From Chiloscyllium plagiosum (Eukaryota): DNA of 64,000 nucleotides. The DNA is taken from assembly GCF_004010195.1 (NCBI RefSeq), contig NC_057755.1, positions 5,811,474 to 5,875,473 of the forward strand. Reading direction: 5' to 3'. The notes below the pieces were generated by a model, which did not search any database, was not told where the DNA came from, and saw nothing but the letters and a program-made list of their open reading frames with translations. This document shows positions 27,870 to 41,290 of the stretch, in pieces (within the stretch, counting starts at the first letter, position 1; each line of letters starts with the position of its first letter). The position numbers and the translations under genes were made by a program.

Positions 27870-28765
27870 ATGCGAAGGTTAATGAAATGCTGTCCTCTAT
27901 TACATCAAGAAACTGAACATAACAAGTTCAGTTGTTACACATCACTCATGCAGTACCCCAGTTAAACCGCAAGATGAATGCTGTGTTCAGTTTTGAAAGT
28001 TTCACAAAAGGAAGATTGCAAAACAATTGGTAACAATTGAAATAAGGTGTCTTGGAATGTGCAGGTCACCTTACAGGGAAAGATTGTCAGGTTTGTCTTG
28101 TTATCAATGGAGTTTGGAAAGGGAAAGAGGTAGTTTGATTAATCCATACAAGATTGTGTTATCTTTTATTAACTAAGAGACTGAGTTTTCGCGCCACGAG
28201 GCCATGCTGCAGCTGTAGAAAACTCTGGTGTAATTGCGCTTGGTGAATTTTGTTCAGTTCTGGTCACTACATTATAGGAAGGATGTGGAAGCTTTGGAAA
28301 GGGTTTAGAGGAGATTTACGAGGATGTTGCGTGATATGGAGGGAAGGTCTAACGAAGAAAGACGGAGGGAGTTTAGGCTGTTTTCGCTGCAGAGAAGAAG
28401 TTTGAGGAGTGACACATAGAGACATATAAGATAATCAGTTGATGAGATAGGGTGGACAGTGAGAGCCGTTTTCCTCGGATGGTGATGGCAAGCACGAAGG
28501 GGCATATCTTTTACTTGAGGGGTGATACATATTGGACAAATGTCAGAGGTAGTTTCTTTATCAGAGTATAGTAGGGGCGTGGAACTCACTACATGCAACA
28601 GTAGTAGACTCGCTAACTTTAAGGGCATTTAACAGGTCACTGGATAGACATATTGATGTAAATGGAAGTGCGTACGTTGGATGGGCTGCGGATTGGTTTT
28701 AGAGGTTGGTGCAACATTGAGGACCGAAGGGTCTGTAATGCACTGTCGTGTTTTATGCTGTGTGC
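27870..28765 (+). mobile_element. CR1 3' fragments (two pieces)
   Basis: VQFWSLHYRKDVEALERV*RRFTRML motif and CR1 3'UTR. Confidence 0.75.
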
Positions 28766-28929
28766 TTTGAGATCCTTAATACACTTACGAAGGTACACAT
28801 GTTCAGGACATTTATTTATTTTTTATGGTTCCAACACTAAAGGGAACTCTGGTAAAAATGAAATACGCACTGTGCGAGCAGTGATCAGAAGAGTTCTATT
28901 TCTCCAAGGTAGTCTCTATGCCTCAGATG

Positions 28930-29551
28930 GTAGTGGAAACTGAAGCATCGATCATTTTTAAAGTGCCAGATGACTATTACAGAGAGACCTGGGTGTTTAC
29001 ATAGAGATGTTAGGTGTGCAGTTTCAATTTTTACGGAGAGATTTGGGTGCTCAGTTCCATTATTCTCTGAAGGTGACAACGTAGGCAAGTAGAGTGTTCA
29101 ACTATCCATACTGCATGCTTTGCTTCATTGGACAGGGTATTGAGAACAGTATTGAGTTCGCTGGTCGTATTAAAGTTCTATGTAACTTTGGTTAGACCAC
29201 ATTTGAAATACAGCGTACAATTGTAGTCATCACTCTACCAAAGAAATGCGGATGCTTTGGATAGGGTGCAGAGGAGGTTCGCCAGTATGCTGCCTGGTAT
29301 GGAACGTGCAAGCTATGAGGTGAGTTGAAATAGATTAGGATTATTTTCATTATAAAGACGGAGATTGAGGGGGGACGTGATAGTGGTCTACTAAATCATG
29401 AGATATATGGACAGTGTGGAGACTCTGAAGTTTTTCCCAGAGTGCAGAACTGAACTACAAGTGGTCACGAGTTCAAGGTGAGAAGATAAAGATTTGGGGA
29501 GATGTGTGTGAAAGATCTTCACACAGAGGATGGTGGGGACATGGAACACAT
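28930..29551 (+). mobile_element. Older CR1 (host of the nested insertion), 5' part; continues at 33653-33855
   Basis: The ORF2 C-terminal sequence reads continuously across the insertion (…gggacatggaacacat|tggcagtggagg…). Confidence 0.8.
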
Positions 29552-32500
29552 AGAACATAGAACATAGAACATGACAGCGCAGCACAGGCTCTTCGGCCCT
29601 CGATGTTGTGTGACAAATCTGAAGCCCATTTAAATTACAATATTTCATGCACTTCCATATGTTTGTCCAATGACGACTTAAATGTACTTAAGGTTAGCGA
29701 AACTACTACCGTTGCAGGCAAAGCATTCCATACCCTTACTACTCTCTGAGTGAAACTACTTCTGACATCTGTCCTTCTCTCTATCACTCTTCAATTTAAA
29801 GCTGTGTCCCCTTGTACTCGCCGTCACCATACTTGGAAAAAGGCTGTCCCTGTCCACTCTATCTAAACCTCTGATTATCTTATATGTCTGTATGAAGTCC
29901 CCTCTCAACATTCTTCTCTCCAACGAAAACAGCCTCACGTCCCTCAGCCTTTCCTCGTAAAACCTTCCCACCATACCAGACAACACCCCAGTAAGTCTCC
30001 TCTCCAGCCTTTCGAAAGCTTCCACATCCGATAATTCGATGGCCAGATCTATACACAATATTCCAAGTGCGGCCGCACCAGAGCTTTTTACAACTGTAGC
30101 ATAGCCTCGATCCCTCTATTAATAAAAGTTAAAATATTCTATGCCTTCTTAACAACCTGTCAACCTGGGTGGCAACTTTCAATGATCTGTGTACCGGGAC
30201 ACTGAGATCTCTCTGCTCATCTACTCTACCAAGGATCTTTCCATTAACCCAGTACTTTGCATTCCGGTTACTCCCACCAAAGTGAATCACCTCACACTAA
30301 TCCGCATTAAACTCCATATGGCCACCTCTCGGCCAAGCTGTGCAGCTTATTTATGACTCTCTAAAGCCTACAACACCCTTCGTCACTATCCACAACTCCA
30401 CCGATAATAGTGTAGTCTGCAAATGTACTAACGCACCCTTCTACGCCCTCATCCAGGTCTTTTATAAAAATGACGAACAGGAGTGGACCCAATACCGACC
30501 CTTGTGGTACACCACTGGTAACTGGATTCCAGGGTGAACATTTCCCATCACCACCAGCCTCTGCCTTCTTTCAGCAAGCCAATTACTGATCCAAACTGCT
30601 GTATCTCCCACAATCCCATTCTTCCACATTTTCTGCAATAGCACAATTGGGGAACCTTATTGAACACCTAGCTGATATCCATACACACCACATTAACCAG
30701 TTTACGCTCACCTACCTGTTTGGTCACCTTCTCAAATAACTCAATAAGGTTTGAGAGGCACGACCCACCCTTCACAAAACCGTGCTGACTCTGCCTAATC
30801 AAATTATTCTTTTCTAGATGATTATAAATCCTATCTCTTATAACCTTTTCCAACACTTTTCCAACAATTGAAGTAAGGCTCGCTGGTCTATAATTACCAG
30901 AGTTGTCTCCATTCCACTTCTTGAAAAGGGGAACCAGATTCGCTATCCTCCAGTCTTCTGGCACTATTCCTTTAGACAATGACGATTTAAAGATCACTGC
31001 CAAAGGCACGCAATCTTCCCAGAGGTTCATAGGATAAATTCCATCCGGCTCAGGGGTCTTATCTATTTTCACACTCTGCAGGATTTCTACTAACTCTTCC
31101 TTGTGAACCTCAATCACACCTAATCTAGTAGCCTGTATCTCAGTATTCTCCTCGACAACATTGTCGTTTTCTAGAGTGAATACTGTCGAAAAATATTCAT
31201 TTAGTGCTTACCTTATCTCCTCTGACTCCACACACAACTTCCCACTATTATCATTAATTGGCCCAAATCTTACTCTCGTCATTCTTTTATTCCTTATATA
31301 CAGATAGAAAGCCTTAGCGTTTACCTGATTCTATCCGCCAACAACTTCTGATGTCTCCTCCTGACTATTCTGAGCTCTCTCTTTAGTCTTTCCTGGATAC
31401 ATTGTAACCCTCAAGCGCCCTAACTGAGCCTTCACATCTCATCCTAACATAAGCTTTCTTCTTCCTCTTGACCAGAGATTCCACTCCCTTTGTAAACCAC
31501 GGCTCCCGCGCCCTACAGCTTCGTCCCTGCCTGACAGGTACATACTTATCTAAAACACTCAGAAGCTTTTCCTTGAATAAGCTCCACATTTCTAATGTTT
31601 CCTTCCCCATCCTGAGCTTCCTAAATCTTGCCTATTCGCATCGTAATTGCCTTTCCCCCAGCTGTAACTCTTGCCCAGTGGGAAACACCTATCCCTTTGC
31701 ACCACTAAAGTAAACATAATAGAATTGTGATCGCTATCACCAAAGTGCTTACCTCCTTCCAAGTCTAACACCTGACCGGGCTCATCACCCTGTACCGAAT
31801 CTGAAGTGTTTTCGCCCTTGTTGGCCTATCTATATACTGTGTCAGGAAGCCCTTCTGCATGCACTGGACAAAAACTGACCTATGTATAGTACTCGCACTA
31901 TAGTGCTCCCAGTCAATATTTGGAAAGTTGAAGCCCCCCATGACAATTACCCTGTCTCTCTCACTCCTATCGAGAATCATCTTTCCTATCCTTTCCTCTA
32001 CATCTCTGGAACTATTCGAAGGCCTATAGAAAACTCCCAACAGGGTGACCGCTCCTTTCCTGTTTCTAACTTCAGCCCATTCTACCTCAGTTGACGAGTC
32101 CCCAAATATCCATTCTACAACTGTAATACTGTCCCTGAACTACAATGCCAAACCTCCCCCTCTTTTACCATCTTCTCTGTTCTGACTGAACAATCTGAAT
32201 CCTGGAACTTGTAACAACCATTCCTGTCCCTGCTCTTTCCATTTCTCCAAAACGGCCACAACATCGAAGGCCCAGGTAACAACCCATGCTGCAAGTTCAC
32301 CCACCGTATTCTGGGTGTTCCTGGCGCTGAAGTCGACACACTTCAAACCAACTTCTTGCTTGCTGGTGCTACGTTGTGTTCCTGAAACTTGATTTCGGAC
32401 CTCCCTTCTCTCAAACTTTTCTATACTCGAACTACAATTTTGGTTCCTATCCCCCTGCTGGATTAGTTTAAACCCACCCCAAATAGCCCTAGTGAATTTC

Positions 32501-33652
32501 TCCCCCAGGATATTTGTACTCCTCTGGTTCAGATGAAGATCATCCTGCATGTAGAGGTCCCACCTATCGCAGAAAGAGCCCAAATTATCAAAGAATCCAA
32601 AACCCTTCCTCCTGCACCATCCCTGTAGCCACCTGTTCAACTCCTCTCTCTACCTATTCCTTGACTGACTAGCACGTGGCACGGGCAACAAACCAGAGAC
32701 AACAATTCTCTTCCTCCTAGCTCTAAGCTTCCATCCTCGCTCCTTGAATTTCTGCATTAAATTCCCATCCCTATTCCTACCAATGTCGTTTTTGCCTATG
32801 TAGACCACGACTTAGGGCTGCTCCCCCTCCCCCTTAAGAATCCCAAAAACGCGATCAGAATCATCACGAAACCTGGCAGCTGGGAGGCAACTCTCTCTCT
32901 CTCTCTCTCTCTCTCTGGGAGTCTCTCTCGTCCACATAGAACCTCCTATCTGTCCCCTAACTATGGAGTCCCCACTGACTACTGTTCTGCTCCTCTTCCC
33001 CCTCTATTCTGAGCAGCAGGGACACACTCTATGCCAGAGCCCTGTGCCCCACTGCTTTCCATGGTAACTCCCCCCCCCCAACATTATCCAAAAGATATAC
33101 ATATTGTTGAGTAGAATGGCCAGGTGGAATCCCTGCACTGCCTGCCGGTTCCCTTTCCGTCTCCTGATAGTAACCCATCTGCCTTTTTCCTTACCTTCTG
33201 AGTAGCTACCTCCCTGCAACTCCTCTCAATCGCCCCCTCTGCTCCGGAATGATCCAAAGTTCATTCAGCTCCAGCTCCAATTCCCTAACGCGGTTTTCGA
33301 GGAGCTGGAGTTGGTTGCACTTCCCACAGATGTCGTCAGCAGGAACACCAGTGGTGAACCTTACCTCCCAAATTCTAAAGGAGGAACATTCAACTGCCCT
33401 TGATGATGGGTGACAGACACTATCCGAGTAGTGTTATCGGTAACGCAACCACACAAATATATGACTTCCCAGAAGTCCTTCGCTCCTCCCTCGCACCTGG
33501 CGGCAAATGGAGTCCTGACTCCCGAAGTAAGTTCCTTATAATGCGGGAAAACTTACCATCCCGGCAGCCTTCGCTTCACCAATCCTTCTCTCCTCGCCGC
33601 TCTGGCAAAACGGAGTCTCGACTCCCGAGGTAAGTCCCTTTTAATGCCGGAA
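29549..33652 (-). mobile_element. Near full-length CR1 (HER1-type) LINE, decayed; nested in an older CR1
   Basis: 5'UTR has tandem units (33.45-33.65 kb). ORF1 has a zinc-finger/leucine-zipper start (RAVECSS..; ICGKCNQLQLLENRVRELE) and an SGNH esterase (NRWLQGWCRRKGFGF...DDLHLN). ORF2 has an APE endonuclease (GVFYRP, VMGGFNFPNIDW) and RT (NYRPASLTS, QHGF). Tail (TTCTATG)n at 29549-29571. TSD AACACAT at 29545-51 and 33653-59. Confidence 0.92.
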
Positions 33653-34919
33653 AACACATTGGCAGTGGAGGTTGTAGAGTTGCGAACGATAGCGTCACTT
33701 AAGATCTATTTGGACAGTGACAAGAATGTACAACGAGCAAAGGGATACACATCTTTCCAAAATATGTAGCAGTTTTAGACAGAGGATCTGGATTAGCGCA
33801 GACTTTTCGGGCAGAAGGGCCTGTCGTGTGCAGTAATTTTCTATTTTGATTTTTGCTCTGGTGTCCTCCCACAACCAAAAAATGTGCAGGTCAGCTGAAT
33901 TAGTCGTGCTAAATTGCACACAGTGTTTGTTGCATTGGTCAGGAGTAATTCTAGTCTATGGGAAAGGGACTGGGTGAGTTACTGTTCAGCGGGTCTATGT
34001 GGACTTGTTGGGTCAAATTGCCTGCTTCCTTACTGTAGGGAAGGTAATTTACATCTCGACAAGTTCTTGGCAAGTATAGGAATCGGATATTTTCATCAAT
34101 AGAGGGAAACATAAACATCAGGGCAAACACAGTTAATTGTGACATTAGAGAATCGCAGAGGATGCCAGAAGATTCAAAATCTTTCCTTCACGGCGAAAGC
34201 ACCAACTCAAAAGCCAGGACTGTAGATTTGAGTCTCCAGACTATGCCTGATCCTTAAATGTACGATCCTGGCCGAGACCGTCTCCTGGTCTTGTGCCACA
34301 GCAATCAACCTTAGCACAATCTGGATTTGGCCGGTCAGAACGCCGTGATTTCTCATTGGGAATGATAAGAAATAGAACTTAAAATGTCTAAAAAATTATG
34401 TGTATGCATATAGCTATATATATAGGTGAAATTACAGCTGGATTTGCCCCAGTAGTTCTATGTCAGGCTATTGATTCTGCAACGTGCCTCATCACAAGCC
34501 AAACACTCTCTCACACTCATATCTAGACACACACACGCTCACGTATATACACACACAAGCACACAGACACTTGCATACGCTGTCCCAAACACACATGTAC
34601 ACACATACATGCTCACTTATTCACACACACACACTCAGTCACATAAAAAGTCACTTACAGAATTGCACATAGATTCAGAAGCAAACACTCTCATAATCAT
34701 CCACAGATACAGTCACTCTCACACACATACAGTCACAGAAAGGCACAGGCACATAAACATAGTGCTTCATAAAATAGCTCAGTTCTTCTAAATTCCTAAC
34801 GTACCGCCTCCCATGACAGATTGAAAATGTCCGAAACTCATTGGTGTGGTATACCTCCGAGAATGTGGTGCATATGTCATTCAAAACTTGGCAGCATTTT
34901 CTGTGCCTCTGTGATATTT

Positions 34920-35827
34920 TCAGTTTTGTTTCTGATTCAGTTTATTAATTGATGTAATTGGGAATTTCACCAAATTTGTTAACTGTTCTCTAAACTTCGA
35001 CTGTGTCGCCCCATAAATAAATGTGTTTGTGCAGCAGTTCAAAGCCTGTAGCATATCACCAACATTTTCAAAAATGTTTTCTGAATCTGTGTAATCTTTG
35101 GGGTCCATTTGTGTAATATTATAATATAAAAATTCTATAACATAAATCAGCCACAAAAGAATGAAACTGCCAGATATTGTGAAGAGTAAAATCACAGATT
35201 TCCTTCTGCTCTCCATCTCAGGGTCACTATGATTCACCGTCTTGCTATGACCCATCAATCCTTTTCGGACTCGACTAGCCACTACAATGTGTCTCACTGT
35301 AAGAGCATTGAGCAACAGAATTAAAACAAATGGAAGCAATGGAGTTAAGACTGTATCAAACCAATCGAATCCCACCCATCCGGGCTGAATAAAGTACTCT
35401 GGCTTTACATCACAGAACCAGGGGACATGTTCAATGATCAATCGAGGTTCAACTGTGAAGTAATTCGGAACATTCTTTAAACAGAACAGAATGCTGGTTG
35501 TCGTTAGAATTCCTACTGCAGTTTTCTGTGTACAAAAGATTCCTTTCAATTTCTGGCAAGAAATGGCCACAAATCTATCAAAGGAGAAAATGACAGTGAA
35601 CCATACAGAATAGTCAGTGGCTGCCCTACTCAGAACATTAATAATACTGCATACTGGAGTAATGTCCAGAAAGGAACCTGGAAAATAATAATAACTGATC
35701 CGCCACAGAATAACCTCAGATGTAATGAAAAGCAGATCTGCCAATGCCATTGCCACCAGGTAGAAAGTGGTGCACTTCGAGAGACCACACTTGCCCCGAA
35801 AGAGGATCATAATCGCCACCAAATTAA
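34920..35827 (-). CDS. GPR139-like: Exon 2 of intact GPR139-like 7TM receptor (spliced product 324 aa)
   Basis: Acceptor tacttttcctttctgtcctgcag|TTAATTTG. The 300-aa ORF is uninterrupted and has class A motifs: YLVAMALADLL (TM2), SVWFTVIFSFDRFVAI (TM3), LTPLLPFVLILLLN (TM5), SGSFILLW (TM6), LNCCTNTFIYG (TM7). These resemble the GPR139/GPR142 family. Probably a lineage-expanded paralog rather than a 1:1 ortholog. Confidence 0.92.
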
Positions 35828-36169
35828 CTGCAGGACAGAAAGGAAAAGTAGTATCTGTTACCTTAATTAGATCCTAAGCCCCATAAAAAGAATGCATATT
35901 TTAGTACCAAATCACAATCAGAATTTAAAATGTCAAGCTACATCAATGTTAACAATTATCATTATGTGTTCCATACACCTTTCGACTGAGGACTACAGGA
36001 TTGATTAATGATATATAGATGATTGTATGGCAATTTTCACTTTTAAAAGCAATTTGTGTGACTGATTTTAACTTGTCTTATAAGCATTGCATTAAGGGAT
36101 AAAGCAGTCTTATTCGATACTACACACAACACAGCGAAGATAAGGCTGGAGGGGTAGCTAATCGATATG

Positions 36170-36845
36170 TATACGATTCTGTTGGGCATGGAAAGGCGTG
36201 AATACGGGGAATGCACTCAATCTTTTTATCTCAGTGTTGGGGAGTCGAGGGCATTCGTTAAGGTGAGAAGACAAAGAATGAAAGGGAATGTGATGGGCTT
36301 TTTTAACATGGAGAGTAATACGCATGTTGCATGAGCTGTGAGCAGAAGTAGTTAAGTGTGTACCAAAGGAACACTTGAAACGCATTTGGACAAATACATG
36401 GATAGTAAAAGGTTAGAAGCATATGGGCCAAATGTAGGGAAATGGGGTTATTGTGAATGGACATTTGGTCTGCATAGACCAGTTTGGGCTGAAAGACCTG
36501 GCTCTGTACTGTCAGATTCTATGATTCCATTACTACGTGACAGGGTGGATAGAAAGCAGTTGTTACCTTCAGCTGAAGGTTAATGACCTTAGTTTAAAGT
36601 GAAAGTCAGGGGATTTTGAGAAGGTTTACGGAATATTGTTTTCACTCAGTAGGTGGTAGAGTTCTGGAAGAGCAACACAAGCAGGAAACCTCATCATCTT
36701 TAAAAAGTTCCTGGGTGAACACTTCAAATGTCCCAGCATTGAAGGCTGTGGACAAGGTTCTAGAGAGGAATTGGTGCAGTTAGATGAGCACAAACATCAT
36801 TCGCTCAAGAGACTCCTCTCTGCTGTATGATTTTATGACTATAAC
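36170..36845 (+). mobile_element. CR1 3' fragments in the intron of the intact gene (counterparts at ~60430-61110 in the paralog intron)
   Basis: CR1 3'UTR similarity; same position and relative orientation in both duplicated introns. Confidence 0.7.
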
Positions 36846-37613
36846 AAATATTGTCAACGACGTTTTGTCACGCGGATCAAGTGTAACTGTCTGGCGACAA
36901 AGGAACAATCTCACTCCTAGCTCTGTTACCTACAAATTATACAATAACTAACGCTTCAACCTTATGCCAGAACTGAGAGAAACATTCAATTGATTTCATT
37001 TCATCCAATTTGCTTAAGATATTACTCATTCCACTCGGTAAAATATGTGTTCTCAAATTCCACTGTTTCTCTTAATGAAGTACACTTGTCTCTCCTCACG
37101 GGAGTGTAACTCACTGACCTACAGCTGCAGATTGATTAGTATTAAATATAAGAATGCTGAATGATCAGTAAGGAATGTCCCCTTCAGGATACTCAACTTT
37201 TGAGCTGATAGTGTGAAAAGAAAATCTCACCAAGTGCCCGCATGATTTCCTATACAATATAAGGCATAGACATTCCTAAGACAGAAAAAAAAGGCTGCAA
37301 GGAATTTTGCTCCTGAAATTGAACCTTACTCAGTTGAATTTTACATTAACATGCACGGAATGGAAAAAAAAAGTCTCAGAAATTTCCCTGTCCTCTCGAA
37401 CATTTCGCCAGTCCAAGTCGTTTCTATAAATGGCGGAAAATGTTGATCTTCATTTACTCCATTGGAATAAAGCTCAAAATTCAGGAGGCTTTTAAAAACT
37501 AAGCAGTTTTTAATTCAGTAGCTAAATCAGAAGGCCCTCGTATTTGTCATTGAAGTTGAAACATAAACGACAGACCATTTCTCAAGCATAACTTCATCAC
37601 GTTAATGACTCAC

Positions 37614-37680
37614 CAGGTACACCCAGAACAGCAAGTGTTGCATAATAGATTTTCATGACACTAATAAACGTATCAAACAT
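37614..37680 (-). CDS. GPR139-like: Exon 1 of intact GPR139-like class A GPCR (MFDTFISVMKIYYATLAVLGVP + first base of next codon)
   Basis: Minus-strand ATG at 37680, 22 codons + 1 nt, then donor CCTG|GTGAGT. The phase-1 junction joins in frame to exon 2 and completes TM1 (LGVPVNLVAI). A homologous exon sits at 59559-59625 in the paralog. Confidence 0.88.
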
Positions 37681-39269
37681 GTTTCCATTCAAGGTTATTA
37701 TCTCTCCGTGCTGTGGGAACTTCTTTGCATCAAATAACGATTTATGACGATCATCAAGCCTTTAATTTGTACCTGGTTTGCACCTCCAGGGAATACTGAA
37801 ATTACAACATCTTCAAATTAAATTTACAATCACACAAATTAACGCAGCTACAACTGCAAGTTCCCTCGTTGATGTGCTAAAATATATTTAGCACTTGGAG
37901 TCAGTAATATAATTTAGATGAGCATATTGAGACCATACATTAATTTCAATGTTGTTTTTCAAGAAAGTGGCATTTGCTGAAAAAGCATAAGCATTTGGCA
38001 TTCATACTGTCATAATTTTCTGAACTTTGTTGTTAATCTTCAGTAATTAACTTCCAAGTACGAGTGCATGTGGCTCAGGGTTTCTGCCCAACTCTCTGTG
38101 ATGTGACTGTGCTTGTGAACGTGTGCTAATACAGTAAAATTATTAATTACATTTAACTAGATAATTGAACTCCAATATGCCCCTCGATACCAGATGTTTG
38201 TGTTGTTCAAATCTAGGATTTGAGAAGACCCATTGTGCAACCTGGGTTTGCTTATCATTCTGACAGCATATTGGTTATCATTCTGACAGCAATTTTAAAC
38301 AGTATTGGGCATGTTCAAGTTCAACTTATAAACGAACCTGGGAGCTCAGTGAATTCCCAGTCTACTCAGTAACCTCACATCTGACTGAATTGGGAGGACA
38401 TCTGATCGACCTGTCCTGCAGGTCCGGAGAGCAACTGTGCAAGAGTCAAATATACTTGGAATTGTTTTCATTAATTCTGTAACCTGATTCTCGAAGTAAT
38501 GATTACTATCTCAGTAAACATTGAAGCAGCTCTATTCCTCTGCATCAATGTCACGTCCTCAGCAATGCTGCCTGCTTTTGTAAAACTAACCAGATGATGC
38601 AAACCTCCCTGATCTGTGATACAAGTGCATTCTCAATCTCTGGCAAAACCAGATGATTGAATCGTTTTCACCGTTTCATTAACAATTTTTCCATTCATTA
38701 TCTATGTTAGTGCTCACGGACGTTCACTCAATCCCTTCGTATGATACATAACTGCTCAGTTATAACTTCTTTTCAGTTCACCTGAGGAAGTACTTCGACA
38801 GCTTATTAATACATATTAGCCTATTAAACCATAACCTGGTGTCGTAACATTTCAGACTTTGTTATATTTCAAGGCAGCATTGTGTTCATAATTAACCTTC
38901 GTATATTTAATTATAATGCTAAGAATAAGGTGCTGGGGGAACTCAGTAGACCTGGCAGCATCTGTGGAGAGAGAAAAAAACTGAACATTTCCAGTCTTGT
39001 GATGAGCAGGCAGATGCTGGAAAACATAGAACCATCGGAAATATATGCAGGAATAGGCCATTCGAGCCTGCACCACCATTCCCACCCATGTTGGAAGAGT
39101 GCTCCCAATGTTGGGGGAGTCCATAACTGGGAGGTCACGGTGTGAGAATAAGGGACAAACCATTCAGGATTGAATGATCATAGCCGATCATGCATTCCCA
39201 ATATCCCGTTCCCATGTTGTGTCCATTCCAGTTGACGCATTGAATGACAATAGCTGCGCACAGCTCACT

Positions 39270-39840
39270 CTTCAGCTTCAGGGATTGAGTTGAAAAGCAC
39301 AGCGATTATGTTGCAGCTATATCAAGAGGTGGTGAGGATACACCTCTAGTATTCTGTTCCGTTTTTGTCTCTTTACTTGAGAAAGGATATGGTGGCACTG
39401 GAGGGGATGCAGAGGAGGCTCACTGGGTTGATTCCAGATTTGGAGGGGGCGTTGTGCTTATCAGGAGAGACTGAGTATACTGGGATTATATTCATTGGAA
39501 TTTAGGAAAATGAAGTGTAAATTCTAAAGAAGCATGCAAAATTATGAAGAGAATAGATAAGATCGAAACAGACAGGAGACATGAAGTCGATCCAGAGGAC
39601 ATAGCCTCAAGATTAGGCAGAAACAGATTTAGAACTGAGTTGAGAAGGAATTCTTCACCCAGTGGGTTGTAAATCTGTGGAATCCACTGCCCCGTGAAGT
39701 AGTTGAGCTTCCGCATTCAACGTTTTTAGGCATTAGATGGATAGGTTTTTCAACAGTAAAGGAATGAGGGATTACAACGAGATGGCAGGTCAGTGGAGCT
39801 GAGGGCACAAAAAAAATCAACCATAATCGTATTGAATGGT
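39270..39840 (+). mobile_element. CR1 3' fragment
   Basis: Degenerate ORF2 end and 3'UTR. Confidence 0.7.
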
Positions 39841-40639
39841 GTATGTCAGGACTCTGTGCTAAAGCCTTCTACTAATGCAACCAAATACCCAGAAAAAGCT
39901 CACCACACCTTTCGTCTTTCCTGGTTTGCCAGATGCAAAATATTATTGGATTTTGATGTGATTTGTTCCTGAAGAAACAGAAAATCAGATACGACTTAGA
40001 GCCACATCTGCCTCAGTCTGTTTTACCTATCAGGCACAGCTAAACCCCATCATGAGTTTGACAGACATTTACACTTTTGCAGTCGATTGTTCTCGCATGA
40101 ACCAGAAGCCGCACGTCATATGTTAATGCCTTGGGAAGTGACGTTGTAGTGGTATTTCTGCTGGGCTTGTAATCCAGCAGTGGTAGTAATTCTGTCCAGA
40201 GGTATGTCATAAAATGTTCGAACACATTGATTAGAAAAATAAAGCCATCAGTTGCTGATCTCCATTCTGAACAGCATTTCTCTATTACCACTCTCTGTCC
40301 TCTATCACATGTCGTCAAGTATTATATATTTGACTTGCCCATTCGCCTACTGACACGTCTTGGTGTATTTATGATACAGAGTGAAGAGAATGGTGTGAGT
40401 TCAACTTCCTCACGGGGCTGGGATTAAAACAAAAGACTCATCTCTCAACCTCTTCCCCTCGCCTGACGCCTAGTGAATCTGAGGAGAAACCACTATGTGA
40501 TCTATCTAATGAGGATGACAGTCTTTTGATGTGCTGAATCTTTGGCAGCATTAACTTTTATTGTGCCAAAACAAACTGTAGTTCGTATTGGAGGAATACT
40601 ACATTATCTTCTGCCTGGGCATCCTACAGACCTGAAGAT

Positions 40640-40945
40640 TAAAATCGTAGTTCTCCAAATTCAAGTCACCAACCTCCCCATCCCCAGACTCCCTTCCCAG
40701 CACCTTCCTGGTCCCTTCTACGCCTCCCTGTAACCAACTGGATTCATTTTTTCCATTGACCAACCAGGTCATACCATTTACCTGTCTTCACTTAAACCTA
40801 CTTCACAACCCTGACCTCACCACCCCCTTTATCTGCAGATCATCCGACACCCATTCCCAGTCCTGACGTAAGGGTACACCAAAAAGTCGAATTCTGCAAT
40901 TCCTGGCGTTGCTTACATTGTTGTGTTCTTCCAGCATCCTGCCTA
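40640..40945 (+). mobile_element. Penelope-like terminal fragment
   Basis: Pyrimidine-rich segment plus decayed hammerhead cctgacgtaagggtacaccaaaaagtcga, similar to the 49.3-49.6 kb terminus. Confidence 0.55.
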
Positions 40946-40954
40946 TCAACTCTG

Positions 40955-41290
40955 TCGGGCACATGTTAGTCTCCAGTCCAGTCCAAAATGAACTGAAAGC
41001 CTGCAGCAATGGAGAGAAGCAAAACAACCCAAAGCTGCAGAACAGGCGGAGGTCTGTCATATTTCTTATCAGCATCTCTGCTCGCTTGATACTTCTGTGG
41101 TTGATCGTTTTCATTATGTTTCGTTATATCTTTGAAGAAACATATTACACAGAGTCTGAAATGATATTGCAAGATTTTGGATTCTTGTTCGAAATATTCA
41201 CTCCTGCACAAGTGCAAATTACACCTTTTCAGATGAGCTTCGAATGAATGGCAAAGAAGTGTCACAAATGATAAAAAAAATCTTCAGTGG
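40955..41290 (+). pseudogene. GPR139-like fragment (ICL3-TM6-TM7 region only)
   Basis: GHMLVSSPVQNELKACSNGEKQNNPKLQNRRRSVIFLISISARLILLWLI aligns to RHIVVASRVRKGLMGHSKTVNHSDPEMESRRKSVILLFTISGSFILLWLI. The 5' side abuts a Penelope terminal fragment. Confidence 0.8.

Larger units (their letters stand above)
33653..38520 (-). repeat. Left arm of inverted segmental duplication (partner 58740-63520; homology resumes at 29045-29550 vs 63530-64000)
   Basis: Colinear reverse-complement similarity through the upstream region, both exons, the intron, the CA/GT tract and downstream unique sequence. Confidence 0.88.

Noticed and set aside
38347..38358. NF-kB-like GGGAATTCAC upstream of the intact gene
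   Set aside because: Imperfect match that is expected by chance; no supporting evidence.
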